Below are positions 1 through 12,339 of a DNA stretch of 25,285 nt, piece by piece. Position numbers and translations under genes: made by a program. Source of the DNA: Anthoceros angustus. Taxonomy: Eukaryota > Plantae > Anthocerotophyta. Where the stretch lies: the NCBI GenBank assembly GCA_010909165.1, contig VJWM01000383.1, positions 1-25,285 of the forward strand, in the 5' to 3' direction. The notes under the pieces are model-generated. The model was not told where the DNA came from and did not search any database. It saw only the letters and a list, made by a program, of their open reading frames with translations. Numbering within the stretch: the first letter of the stretch is position 1; the number at the start of each line of letters is the position of its first letter.

Positions 1-631
1 TGTGACCTTCTCCAGCTGCCTTCTCAGCCGGACTCCATGGCCTCCAATTGCCATTTGGTCCCACCGCTCTTGCTCTCTGTCATCTCTTGGGCCTTATTTG
101 CAGGACTTCCTCGACATGTGCCACAAGGAGGTTACGCTGGCATTCCCCTAGCCCCTTCAAATCCACCTGACTGGTACAGTGCTCTCACGATGTGCACTCA
201 GCAAGGTGCTTCCTTCCCCTACCCGCTGGTACTTTGGGGCAAGCAGGTCGATTACTTGGGCAGTGAGGGTGCACCCTCCTACAGCGGTGGTGAACATCTT
301 GTAGAATATCGGTCGGTTTCACATACCTTCTCCCCAAGTAGTGAGGGGCTGCCCCGCGGTAGTCGCCTGCAAGGTGGAAGCTGCCTCCCTAAGGTGAGCT
401 CTTGAGTGCCTCTTCCTAAAGCGAAAATGGTGGGAACTCCTCCCACCCCTCGGGGTCGTCACCCCTACGTGATAGTCCTCCTCTCGTTAGGACTACCACA
501 CAGCCCTCCTGTGAGCCGGATCTTGCTCTATCTCCTCCTCCACCTTTGACTCTTTGTGGAAAGGCCTCCCACTCAAGCCTTGTTCGTCCACCTCCTCAGC
601 CCTGGGTCACCAGCAAGAAGGTGGTGCATAG
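1..631 (+). mobile_element. Degenerate 3' internal region of an LTR retrotransposon ending in a PPT-like tract
   Basis: Purine-rich AAGAAGGTGGTGCATAG (615-631) directly precedes TGTAAG. The upstream sequence has only broken reading frames and no recognisable pol motif. Confidence 0.4.
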
Positions 632-870
632 TGTAAGGGTATTAAAGCCCAATGCTTGACTAATACACTTAGTCTAAGTTAGGTGTCGATTAAGTATCAT
701 TAGTTTAGGCTGAGCTAATCACTAGGAGCTTCTTGTGCTCCTTCCTAGGAGCTTCTTGTGAGCTTCCTAGGAGCCCTGATGGAGGTATAAATACCCTCCA
801 AGCCTCATCAAGTGTCAATGTGAGAGCTTCAATCTTGCCTCTCCTCTCCTCTCCTCTTTCCACCATCTAA
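632..870 (+). mobile_element. LTR fragment (probably a truncated 3' LTR)
   Basis: Starts TG (TGTAAGGG) after the PPT-like tract. Contains short repeats of CTAGGAGC(TTCTTGTG) at 722-775, TATAAATA at 786-793 inside an imperfect inverted repeat (GGAGGTA...TACCCTCC) and a (CTCCT)n tract. No matching ...TTACA end is seen, so the right boundary is approximate. Confidence 0.45.
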
Positions 871-934
871 TGTCTGAGCACCTGCACGATCCTTGAGGCG
901 GGTATCGAGCCGGCAGACTTTGGTTTGGTTGTGT

Positions 935-1563
935 TGTGATGCTAGAATACATTTCTAGATTTGCCGAGAATTTAGCGGCGGCTCCTCAGGTGCGGGCATC
1001 ATTGATCGCGGTGTGGCGAGGGCTGTGCAGCGCCGGCTTGAGGACCTCATGGCAGCCGGGCGAGCCGTGGCGAGGCAAGGCAGCGTTTGGCGCGGCCAGG
1101 CCAATGTTATTTTGCGGCGAGGCCTTATCCGGTAAGAGGCCGTGCTGAGCCTTGGCCAGGTGAAACCCGACTCTATGCGGCGGGCCGTCATTTCCTGGTA
1201 TTCACTCCGATGGTACACTTGCGAGAAAGACCTGAAGCCTTATTCTGAATAGGCCACTGCATATCAAAGCGTGATAAAGACGCTACGCCCGGCCCATTGT
1301 GGCCGAGCCGTCCTGTCGCGGTCGGGCGGCGAGGCGCGTTATTGTGCAGCGTCAGGCGAGGCGAGCGCCTTGCGAGCCGCGTGGGCGTGCCGGGCAGCGG
1401 CTTTGTCAGCGCCAGCCGCCCCGAGGCCGCGGGCCAGCGGCGCTAACAGCGCTGATGGGCCCCGCTGGGGGGCTCGCGGGCCATTCATGAAGCCAGCGGG
1501 CGCGCAAAGGCCCATGCAGCGCCCGCATAGCTTGCATGGAAGCGCGCGGGCCGGTTGCTCACA
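935..1563. mobile_element. Putative solo LTR (629 bp)
   Basis: GC-rich block with inverted ends TGTGA...TCACA and composition changes at both edges. The 5-bp flanks TGTGT and GGCGT match at only 3 of 5 positions. Confidence 0.45.
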
Positions 1564-2017
1564 GGCGTTCGATGTCTTTGGTGGTTACATGGCCACCATC
1601 ATCCCTTCATCTGCGCTCATCTCTACCGCCCGTGCCTTCCTCCACGATTCACGATGTCATATTTGGATTGGTAGGAAATCATACTCCGCCTCCACCCTCA
1701 ACTGCAGTGTAGGTAGTTACAATCCCAGCGGTCTCGGGATTGGCGTGCCTCTTGACTGCAGCTCCGTGAATCGACCCACGTCCATTGTTGGTGCCACGCG
1801 CCACTCCTGAACACATGGGATCCCCATCTGTACTAATTCCTTGCAGACTTGACAAAAGGTACATAACCCACTTGTTTTCGTGGTTCCTGCATTCATTTGA
1901 GTAGTGACCCGTGTTCCAATTATAACAAAGACTCGTGGAATCGCCGCATTGGCCTCTGTGATGGATCGGTCTCCAGTCGTCAGCCCTGGGCCTAATGCGC
2001 CTCAGATGATTTTTTTC
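1564..2017 (-). pseudogene. Degenerate coding fragment, possibly the continuation of the ParB-like gene across the 2018-13202 insertion
   Basis: One frame reads GALGPGLTTGDRSITEANAAIPRVFVIIGTRVTTQMNAGTTKTSGLCTFCQVCKELVQMGIPCVQEWRV...PLGL*LPTLQLRVEAEYDFLPIQI*HRESWRK, with stops compatible with C>T changes. A second frame is also open over part of the region. Confidence 0.3.
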
Positions 2018-4001
2018 GGGGTAGTGCAGAAATTTTAGAGAGAATTGACCTTTTGGTCATTGTTTTACCCATAGAGTAAAATTCATTACAATATAGTAGA
2101 AAATCATCTACCATCAAGGTACAAAACAATGAACCATCCAAGTGGGGTAAAATCATCTACCATCAAGGTAGAAAATAGAGCACTAGAGAAAACATGACGA
2201 CCAAGTGAATACCACCGGGTCTAGAAGCTCATTCTAGAAATCCCACCAAAATCGCTAACTGACAAAACATTTTCGTTAAATAATATTCATGCGGATCCGT
2301 GATATACAAAAACCAACAAAGAAACCTTTTCTTTGCGTAGTTTCTCAGATATCCGTAATGGCATGAAATACAAATTCAACTAATGAAGAGTAAATACCGT
2401 AATAGATTGAACTCGCTAGATTGAACTCTACTTCAACAACAATGGAACCTACAAACAAAACGAAAACAAAGACACAAACCGTGATTAGGCGATACTAGAA
2501 AACACTGAAATAATCATAGCAAATACTTAAGAAATGATACTCACCTTATTTAGGAAATTATTTGTACAATTATCACAGTTAAGCGTAATTTTCCGACCAC
2601 TTGGCTTGATTGGCAATGCATCATTCTTGGCAACCAATTGATGAAGGCGAGGACTTGGGCAATTGTCCGACTTCACGCAAGGTGACAACCTAATAAAATA
2701 CAACCATTGATTTTCAATGTCTGCTGATTAATAAAGATAAGAAAACTTACCAATCTGGCGGATTTTCGAGATAGCATTGCAAATATCTCGAGGCACATTC
2801 TTACGCTCTGTTCTCTTTTCACTGCGGTCTTGAACCTCTTCTGCTCTACTGCTGCTTTGCTTGATTTCTCTTGATGCTTAATGTGCTCTTGTCTCCTCTC
2901 CACATTTCTCATCTGGATCTCAAGGGCTTTCTCTCTTTGCTTAGAGACTCGTAATTCAAGCTGCTACGCCTCTGTCTCTCTATAAGAGCCTCCAAATCCT
3001 TTTGCCGTTGAAACTCCAATTCCTGTTTCTGTCTATCATACTCCAATTCCGTACTCGCGATCTCGGCAAGCCATTGCTCAAGCCACTTCCATTTCCATTT
3101 GCATCCAGTGCACGATATCGAGGTGCTACCACGGCCACATTTACATCTGGTTAACCCGGATGGTGATCACACTCACTATGCACAATGCCCTCCCAGAGGG
3201 ACCAATCGACTTCCCTCGGCTGTATCAATGTTGAAATGAGGGCGATGAAATTGCTTACACTAGTGAGATTCACAACCGCCAAGATAAACATAATCGGAAA
3301 CTCCAAAAAGTGAAAACAAACAAGCAGACAAAGAATCAACCTTGTCATGGAATTTCACTAGAACACCGATTGTTGATGTTATCCATCTGGATGCCATCGG
3401 GAAGTATGTTTGCAGCAAAACACATGATCTCCCACACGCGTAACAACGAGACGGTATAATTAAAAGCAGATCCGACATGGCGCGTGCAACCAAGGGAACA
3501 CGACAATCTCACATGGACTACGGACCACAGGGGTTAGAAATTAGGTAAGTTTTGTTTTTGTAGGGCGAAGGATAAATGAGGCGAAAAAGGAGGAAATAAG
3601 CCGGTTAGCACTCGGGCGGCACTCCGGGTATACTCTGACTCGTGAGTGAGCGTGCCAGACCTGATGGCGGCGGGGTGGCCGGACCCACTCGGGACCGAGG
3701 CGGGATAAATCGCCGAGAAGGTAACTTAGTTGGGCGTAAGGGCCAGATGGCGGCGCCACGTGGGCGACCACAGTGGAGGGCGGGCATCGTGAGTCGGGGG
3801 TAACCTTGCGAGGCCGTTATAGCGGTATTCACGCCAGCGGTGCAGCGGAGTAAAACGAGTCTGGCGTAAGCGCGAGTAAGCCATGCGAGACCTCAGCGAT
3901 TCTGACGGAAGGCGCCCTCCAGCCCAGTTACTCCGGCGTGGTCGCGGAAGAAGGTCATTCATTTAGCGGCCTCGAGACAATTCTCGCGATCTCTTGCGCT
4001 C

Positions 4002-6540
4002 ATGATCCGGCTCTCTGGCGGTATCTCGTGGGACACTCGGGCGTCTTGTGCGGCTCACGTTGAGGTCGGAGGCGAGCGGCGAAGAGGCTCAGCGTGCCCG
4101 GCGGTCTTGACAAGCGGCGGGAGGAGAAGGCGATGGCACCCAAAAGCCCGGAAGTTTGGGAGCCATGGAACCTTGTGGGCGCAACATTGTGACCGGCGCT
4201 ATCCGGACTTTGGGCTCGGCTCCGAGGCGGGGGATTGGTGCGAGGTGGCATTTGGATGTGTTCAAATAGTGCGGACAGACAGAGTCACTACAGTCAGGGA
4301 GTTTGCGGAAGATCTTGGCGGCGGTCAACAAGGAGGTCGGTCAAGAACCTCGGGAGGACCCAAGGCGATGGACCTTGGAGGTCTGGCGGCCTACGCCCAA
4401 GGAGGAAGAGGGAGTGGTGCGGGCCCCTCGAAGGGAAGATAGGTCCGACCACGGCGGCGATGCTAAGGCACAGGGCAGCGGACCTGTGGTTGGGCGATAT
4501 CCAGGCACATTGGACGGTCGAGTCGGGGTGGCGGATCATGTCACTGGAACCTACTCACCAAGGTGGATCACCTTGGTGATAATCTAATAGTGTTCACACT
4601 GCAGCGTTGCGGCGGGGAAGAAGGCGGGGGAAGGATTATCTTGCCCGGTTTAGCGAGGCTTCATAGCTCGGAGGCGAAGCCCGCCATCAGGTCCCATACG
4701 ATCCATGTATGGGGCATTTGAACTCCTCGGGAAGGAGAGCTTGGCGCTCGGGAAAGGGAGGCCCTCCGGAGTGGAGGCGGGCAAGGCGAGGAGGGAGGCG
4801 GTCGACAAAAACCAAGCGGACTCGGGAGGAGGATGGCGGGAGGGATTCGGACTCCAGGGCGGACCCCTCACCACCCAGGGAAGTATGGGAAGCAATTCCG
4901 CCTCCTCCTGGTGCCCCAACGAGCAGAGCGAGGCGGCCCGGCCCAGCGGCCCGCCGCCATCACTCGGTGAGCCCCGCGGACGAGAGAGAGGAAGCGCAAG
5001 ACCACGGCTACCAGCACCCAGTCGGTGCAGTACCTCTTCCCTGGGTGTGGCAAGCGGAGGAAGCGATGGGAGGCGAAGGGCAGCGCCGAGGCGAGAGGAC
5101 AGCGGCGGCCGCATCGAGCGTCATCGCCCGGCGGAAGGGCAAAAGGCGTGCTCCGGACTCCATCACCTCATGGAGCCCAGGAGAAAAGGCGGAGAAGCTC
5201 TGACCAAAAGGGCCAAGGAGCTCGGAGCTCGGCCTCGGGACCTAAGGGTCTGATTGGGTCGGAGAACCCAGTCCGGACTTGCTCGGGGCTGCGGTATGGA
5301 GGTCCTTGACGGACGTGAGATCTGGCTCCCTAGCGGACTTTGTGGGAGCCTCACACCGGCGGCCGTGGGAAACACGGCGGGTCAGCTACCGTCATGGGCC
5401 GGTATGCTCACAGAATGCTGTCGGGATGGCCGAGAAGGAGGTGGAAGCCACCGGGCGCATGGTGCTCCTCCGAGGCGGTTGGAGGGGAGCCGAGGCGAAG
5501 CTCTCGGCGGGATTGAGGAAGGAAGGAGGCGGAGGAGGAGTCTGGTCCATCCGAGGGCCGGACCAAATTCCTTCATGGAGGAGCAGTGAGCAGCCAAGAG
5601 GCCCAGGCGGAGGACCTCTGCGAGCGGGCGTGTGAGCGAGGCGAAGGGCCTTGGGCGCAGCGGAGCAGGCGGGATCTCGCGGAGGCGGCCGTGGACGAGC
5701 CAAGGCTGGAGGCTCGGTGAAGGTGGCCAAGGCGGAGGCACGGCGAAGGCCGATCGCGATCACTATCGGCGTGATCGGGCCGGTGGAGGCGGCCGAGAGC
5801 AGCCAATCGAAGGCCGAGCAAGTGGCCCGGAGCAAGCAGTCGGCCGTGAGGAGAGGCCCCGGCCCAGGAGATTGGGGACCTCGAGTGCAGTGCAGGAGAA
5901 AGGCGGAGGCGGAGGCTGGAGGACAACAAGGACACCTTGGGTTGCAACTCAAGATGCATCGGAGGCGGGGGTTCTCAGCGAGAATCCAAGACTTGACGAG
6001 AGGTGCGCCTCCAGCTCCGCTTGAAACGGAGGAAGGCGGCGGTGCAAGGAGTTCGGCGTCGCGAGTTGCGGCGGCGTGGCGGAAGCCGAGTCGGGCAGGG
6101 ATCTGGCCCGCTGGAGAAGGAAGTGGAGGACCTCAGGGAAAGAATAGAAGAAGGAGGAAGAAACAGTGCTCGTCCGGTTGCGAGGAAGCGAAGGGAGCTC
6201 GGCTCCATGGCCCATAATGGCGGGAGGCAACAGGAGGAGGAGAGCGTGGCGGCGGCGAAGGTTGCAGAGTAGCGGAGGCTTGGCCTCAAGAGTCCGCCCG
6301 CCTACGGTGGTGGCCACGGAGGCAGGCCGGTGGGCGATCTGCTCGATTCTGGAGCACCTCTGGAGGAGAATGGGTGCTCGGGCTCATGTGGAGGAGGCGA
6401 TTCGGCAAGTCGATTCCGACTTCGCCTACTACCGAGCTCCTCAAGGCTCTGGAGGTCTGCGCCACCCTAGGCGGGAGGTGGACTTCGAAGGATGGAAGGA
6501 GGAGGCGAGGAGGCGGACCGGGGCAACTGAGGAGTCCTAG
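4002..6540 (+). pseudogene. Frameshifted E/R/A-rich coiled-coil ORF inside the GC-rich insertion
   Basis: Successive protein-like fragments in different frames: LRKILAAVNKEVGQEP, MAEKEVEATGRMVLLR, VEAAESSQSKAEQVAR, LEKEVEDLRERIEEG, WAICSILEHLWRRMGARAHVEEAIRQVDSDFAYY, VDFEGWKEEARRR. Composition resembles the extra ORFs of Tat/Athila-type gypsy elements (inference). Confidence 0.4.
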
Positions 6541-6739
6541 GGCTGTTGTTTGGCAGCAGCAGCGGCGGCGAGGAGGCGGCGGGAGGCAGGAGGAGGAAGG
6601 CGCCACAGGAGGTAAGCCTCGGCACCCTCGCATGGAAGGGAGGGAGGATCTTGGAAGGGAAAGGGTGCAAGGGCATTGGGAACCAAGGGAGGCTCGGTGG
6701 ATGAACCCGTAGCTGGCAGGAGGCATGCCCGGGGCACGA

Positions 6740-6960
6740 GGTCGGACTTTGTCCGGACTCAGAGCGGATCAGTCCGGCCCCAGTCTGGACTTAGGGATCA
6801 GGACTCTGGTAGTCCGGACCACGAGGTCCGGACCCGAGGAAGGTTGGGTCAGGCCGGACCCAGGATCCGGTCCCAGGGGCCGGACTCAGCCGGGCAGGCC
6901 GGACCCGGAGGAAGGCCGGACCTAGAGGTCCGGACTCCGGTCGAGGCAGTCTGAGGTCCA
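6740..6960. repeat. Cluster of (G/T)CCGGAC-type short repeats
   Basis: About ten variants (GTCCGGACT, GTCCGGACC, GGCCGGACC, GGCCGGACT) within ~220 bp. Confidence 0.7.
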
Positions 6961-9900
6961 AACTCGGGAGTGGGGAGAGCCACGATCCACCGGATCCAAC
7001 CCTTGGAGGCCCCGAGGCCCGGAGAGAGAAGAGGGGAGGAGGAAGACTTGGTGGTGGTGGCCGTTGTCGAGGCCATGGGTGCGCTGACAGACCCTCGGGA
7101 AGAGGAAGGGGTCCGCCTCGCGGATCATCCGATTAGTGCTTGTGCGGCCAGCTCGGCTTTGGGCCGCCCGGTGCCAAGAAGGAATGAGGGCCATCCAGCC
7201 CCACCCAGCCGGCGATAGGTGGAATAAGCGGAGTAGTAGGCGGTGGTTAGGGTACCTGGCTGGCCCTCATTTCGAATAGAGGTGTAATAAAGGCGCCGAC
7301 CTTGCGTAGTATAAGAGGCTAAGGCCGCCTGATAAATCATCTTTCTCTTGGTGTTGATGCAGCGTTCTTGCGGACCTTTGTGTGTCTTCTTGCTAGCGTG
7401 AGTCTGAGTCAGCGCGGGCCACGGCAGCTCGGGAGATTGATCGGTCACGGTGGCGGACCTAGCGTGTTGTGGTGTGTGCGGGGAAGGGTGGTGGTGACCC
7501 GTGCTCGTCGGGCCGCGGCCACCGAGCAAGAGCGTGTGGCCGGAGGAACTCGGGAGGCGTCTGAGCCGGACGGAGAGGCCAGGAGCAGGAGGAGGTCGGG
7601 TGTAACCAGCGTCTTTTCTAAGGCGAGAGTGTAGCGTGAGGGAGAGAAAGGGCCGGATGTGAGTGGCCGGATGTGAGCGATCTGAGGCGTGAGCAGGTCC
7701 TAAGCGTTTAGCCATCTGACTGTCGGTGAAACGTTGTGAGTAGTTAGGAGTATGTGTGAGGCGAGCAGGCGCTAAGGGTAGGAATCACAGCGAGCCTATC
7801 ATTCCCTTGGGAGCGGACTTCTTCCTGGCAACCGCAGGATTGTGCGGCGCCTGATCAGTGATGGGCCACAAATACCAACACGAACTTGAGGACCGCAGTG
7901 GACCACATGGTGCGGAAAACTTCGATTCGGTGACATTGTTCAAAGATGCCTTTCATGATGAACAACGGGGTGTAGAGACCTAACACACAAAAACAAGTCG
8001 GGACCAGATTTGATAAGTCCCTACAAACTTGCAACAAATCTCAAACACTTACATTGTTAACTTGCACTTTGCATAAGTCGATCTTGGTGACTAGAAAATA
8101 CAATTTCGAGTCACATTGAGGGCGGTTGGCGGAAGAACACCCTTCATCACGCATCCGATTAAGTTCTTCGTTCAAAAGCTCGATAGGATCGCCGTTCACG
8201 AGAACAAGGACTCTTCTTTTTACTGTTTGCTTGACGGAGGTCATATCGCAAACCATATCGAGAACATCGGAAGGAACATACAAAGGACTCAAATGTCACA
8301 AGCTTTCAAAACATATTACCTTGAGAATCCGACAGTTTTATGGCGGTCACACTTCTCCCGGCATCGGAAGGCACAGCCATCGTCAAGCGTGTAATCATTG
8401 TTACGGCAGCTCTTATTGGTGTAATAATAGCGAGCCCATTGCTTGACCATGGTCTTCATGAACCTTGACAACATTCCTTTTGAAACACGGAGTTTTGCAT
8501 ACCAAGCCTAGCCAAAAACAAGCAGTTAGTAAATACAAACCACAAAACTTAAGCCCAAATAACCACAAACTTACATTTGATCTTGGGTTATCAATCGTTG
8601 AATTGAACAGAAACCCCTGAATTGAATTTTGTCGTTGCAGACCACTTGGGAGAGTGTTCAATGACTCTAAAAGTTTCGATAACATCCTGCTAAATAAATC
8701 TTGACCTTTTGAAATGCTCACTCGGTAATTCTTCATGTCCACTTTGTAATTTTTGAAAGCCGTTCTTGATACGCAAATAAAAGCGAGCTTAATACTGATA
8801 CATCAAACGTCAAAGATACAATGAACAAAACAACCAAAACATCTTGAACAAAAGGTCCACTTTGAATCTGCGAGAAGTCCACGATGAGCGGGTTATGTAA
8901 CTCTTCACCACCTCGAACTCCAAACTGGTCATGCAAAAATATGCACACACACAAAACAATAGAGGCATAAGGCCTCGAGACCATAAATGAACAATCAAGT
9001 GCACCCCTAAACCAACAATATTACCTTTTTGAGCCCCGAGCATTGATGATCTCTGAAAGAATCGTCATCATCGAAATCAACTTCACCTCTTTTCGACATG
9101 ACACAATCCCAAGGTCCTTCTGATTTTCATGGGCGCAACCAGTAGGACCCATGGAAAATTCCATGAAACATGTTGATCGGAACATCGAGAACCAAGCGGC
9201 TTTGGTTCAGATGCACTTCCTTGTTAAAATTCGGTTAAAACCACGAAAGAAAGACATCAACGCAGAGAATCGAAATCGGTCATGTGAAGGAAAGTCGAAC
9301 TATCAAAATCAACAAGTCAAAAACATCACTACTTACGTTTACGGAGAAAATCTCTGTTGTCCTTGATTCGAACTTGATGGAAAAAGGATATCGAATAAGA
9401 TTAGATCCTTGTGAGGATATCCTCAGCAGTATCCCATCCCCGACCCCACTCACTTTCATAAAGGCCACAGGGACTTGACACGTTATTACGCGTTTGGACC
9501 TATCCTCCCCACCACTCAAAGCATCATTCACTCCCTCACGGGACTATTGGGTCAAATCCACCTCTAAAATTGCTTCATCATCAATTTCCTCCATACCCAT
9601 GGCAAAGTCATCTTGGGATCATCACACTTTAGCCTCTCAAACATATCGAGCACTTCTTGATCGGGGATGACTCGGTCGGGAACCACACAGCATGGAAAAG
9701 CGCCCACTGTAAAGCATTCATTCCAGCACACAAATCTCTAGACTCGACAGGCTTTGGCGGCACTCACAACCATGGGATCGTCGGTTATCAAGAAATCATT
9801 CTCCCCACAAAGCTGGACCCCTCTCTCGAGACCTTTGGGACATAGTTAGTAATCTGCAGAGGACCTTCAACCAATGCCAGTCGTGTCCACCCTTCTCCTC

Positions 9901-11019
9901 TTGAACAAACTCACGCCAGGCATCCTTCTTGGATGAGAAGTGCCTTGGCGGGAATGTCTTTTGGGAACTAAATAAGTTCCTTCACGTGCACCAAGACACC
10001 ATCAACTTTACCATCATCCGGTGGATGGGTTGCGATATGAAGAACTGATTTGACCTGCTCTTGTGCGGCTTAGCCATGACTTGACCAAGGACCCTTGCTT
10101 TTCCAGTCGAAGGCCCGTGGGTTTCCTTTTAGGAGCCACCTGCAAAGCCAAAAAAGAATTAGAGTGGACAAGGAACAAAACCATCCTAAAGGAGAACTTC
10201 ACAAACAAAAATCAAAACCAAAAAAAACACTTACGTGGTGTTTAGAACTTCCAAAAACGAACTTCCTGCTGAAGGGTCTAACAGATGATTATCAAACAAT
10301 CCAAGACAAAGAGAGGGGTGTGGGGTACATGGAACAGAACATTCATTGAATCTACACATTGTTAAATTTAGTGATCCTTTCCACTTTATGTTAGTGAGAG
10401 AAGAGCACTCCTTCCCAAAAAATACCCACATATTTCCTGTAATTAGACCTATTTGCCAAATAATAAGAAACACAAAAAAGCGTGGCAAGACAAAGCAGAT
10501 ACAGACAACGCATCGAACATTCAATCGTGACTAATCAAGCAAGAAGAGGTTATCACGATTCACGACGGACGATCGAGCGTTGGCGCCAACCCTTCACACG
10601 ATGAAACTAAGCCTACACACAAAATTTAAATTAAATAACTTATAAGTGGTACCAAAGCAAACTCTTACCGAAAACCAAACAATGACGAAAATGACAAAGA
10701 CCATCGGTCAATACATACGATAATCATACCATATCAAGGATAACAACATAAACAAAACTTTCGGACAAAGCTTGTCCGGAAAGCTTATGCGCACCAAGCG
10801 AAAACCAATAAGAAAGAGGAAGCCGCGTTTTGCTGACAAAACAAACAAAGCGACTGAATTATAGCAATTATGTCGCAGCTGAAAAAGTAAACCACAGGAC
10901 AAATGTAACTCAAGTCACAGTTTGCACAAACTGTTTACCAACACTCTCTTACATTAAAAAATCTTGCGGCAGATTACTTCCTGCGTCTCAGACAAAAATA
11001 CAAAACAATTAAAAAAAGC

Positions 11020-11603
11020 TGCTCAACATAAAGAACAATGCAAGTTATTGAAAGCAAGATAACCGATAGCATTTTTAAACAGCAACATATGCGTAAAGCC
11101 AGAGTAACAAAAGACGTTTCCTGACGTACCAAACAAGGTCCCAAATGTGTCCGCCACTACATCCGAAACCTTGACGGCATCAAAACAGCGGGAGAGAGTA
11201 AGATCACACGAGCAAGGCGAGCTCTCAGAAAGAACAGAAGGCAAGCTTTGCGGTGACAACAAACAAACGATCAACCATCATGACATGATGACAAATGCAA
11301 AAGCTACATCACGACTTGCAAAGGTAACCAACCTTTCTTCGTCCAACAACCTCTTGCGATTACTCCTGCGTTTCAAAAGGAATAGAAGACAATAAGAACA
11401 AAATCTTGCTCAACATTATGAACAATGAAAGCTCGAGAAGATAACATACATTTTCCAACAGCAACATATGCGTAAGCGATTGACACAAAAGACATTTGAT
11501 GACTTACCAAAGTGGTCCCGATCTATGGCCACTTCAAGCGAAAACTTGACGCATCAAAACACGGTAGGAGGTTACAACACACCGAGGCTGTCAGAACAAA
11601 GAC
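11020..11603. repeat. Diverged direct duplication (~200-220 bp units, ~388 bp apart)
   Basis: The anchors TGCTCAACAT, GAACAATG, AACAGCAACATATGCGTAA, ACAAAAGAC, GGTCCC, CTTGACG and GCATCAAAACA occur in the same order at ~11020-11240 and ~11407-11603. Confidence 0.8.
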
Positions 11604-12339
11604 TTGAGCATTGCATTAAGCTTTAACATTTAAACCAACGAAACAAAACTACAGAACACGATGGCGAAACCTAAATAACAAAACGATCGGCGCGATAGAG
11701 ACAAGAAGGCGGGCAAGACAAAAGAAATGATACCAAGCCATGGAACCACGACAACAAAGATAAAGGGACACTTCCAACAAACAAACAAACAAGCAATACG
11801 AGATTTTGCAGAAGAGAAAGAACACAAGTATCACACATGCAACAGGACTGAACAAAAGTAAGCCTAGCTACAACCACAGAAGCTCGAAAGCTCCAAGTCG
11901 AAGACGATTACTGATCGTTTACATGAAAGTAACACCATCGCCTGTAACGAAACAAGATCGACAGAACTACTGACGAAATCAGATAGAAACAAAGAGCACT
12001 AGGGACATACAAATCAGATAACATCTTAGCGGGTCTTTCCCTAAGAAATATAAACAATCACGCACAAGCAAAGAACAACATCAACAACAGGACGAAATAC
12101 ACAAAACATCCTACGATATATATAGAAACCTGAATACACTACCACCATAGCGGTAGACAAAACACCAAACCCGAACAGACTAGAAAAACAGCAATGAAAC
12201 AAACCAAAGCGCCAAATACACTACTCCCGTAGCAACGAAACAACAACAAAACCGCACAAAACAACAAGAGACAAAACAACGTCGAGCAGAAAAAACAACG
12301 TGAGCGGATGGCAGCGACTTCAAATAGCAAAAGGCCTTA

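Larger units (their letters stand above)
3559..7857. mobile_element. 4.3-kb GC-rich insertion with TG...CA ends (retroelement-derived, unclassified)
   Basis: Abrupt GC increase from TGTAGGGCG (3559) to CGCCTGATCA (7857). Removing it rebuilds a normal short intron of the host gene. Flanks GTTTT and GTGAT match at 3 of 5. No gag, RT, RH or INT motif seen. Confidence 0.6.
2428..10352 (-). pseudogene. Large multi-exon orphan gene (at least 10 exons) with a Cys-rich plus coiled-coil C-terminus, disrupted by stops, indels and an insertion
   Basis: GT-AG introns at 2449-2544, 2690-2750, 3220-3340, 7980-8052 and 10140-10234, with further GTAAGT/GTAATA donors at 8574, 9024 and 9336. Phase-consistent joins include VLNTT|WLLKG, VKFHDK|PREVDW, ENPPDW|LSPCVK and NFLNK|VPLLLK* (stop at 2428-2430). 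Some internal joins need an indel. No family recognised. Confidence 0.6.

Noticed and set aside
1810-1865. SWIM-finger-like CTFCQVC...GIPCV suggesting a MuDR transposase
   Set aside because: It lacks the CxC start and the His of GIPCxH, and no DDE domain is visible nearby.
1889-1927. Gag zinc-knuckle-like CYNWNTGHYSNEC on the minus strand
   Set aside because: The second Cys is Trp and the spacing is one residue short of CX2CX4HX4C. An overlapping frame is equally open and fits the surroundings better. Not excluded, but not called.
4000-7715. Many overlapping ORFs on both strands in the ORF track
   Set aside because: Expected from high GC content. Most translations are R/P/G/A-rich shadow frames.
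7710-7735. TGTCGGTG at 7721 as an LTR boundary with a PBS or PPT
   Set aside because: There is no adjacent polypurine tract or convincing tRNA-complementary sequence and no second copy in the window.
8077-8329. GTPase G3-like (IKLSDSQG) and G4-like (FLVTKID) motifs in the orphan gene
   Set aside because: No GxxxxGK[ST] is found, the motifs are in different frames, and the G of DSQG coincides with a likely GTAATA splice donor.
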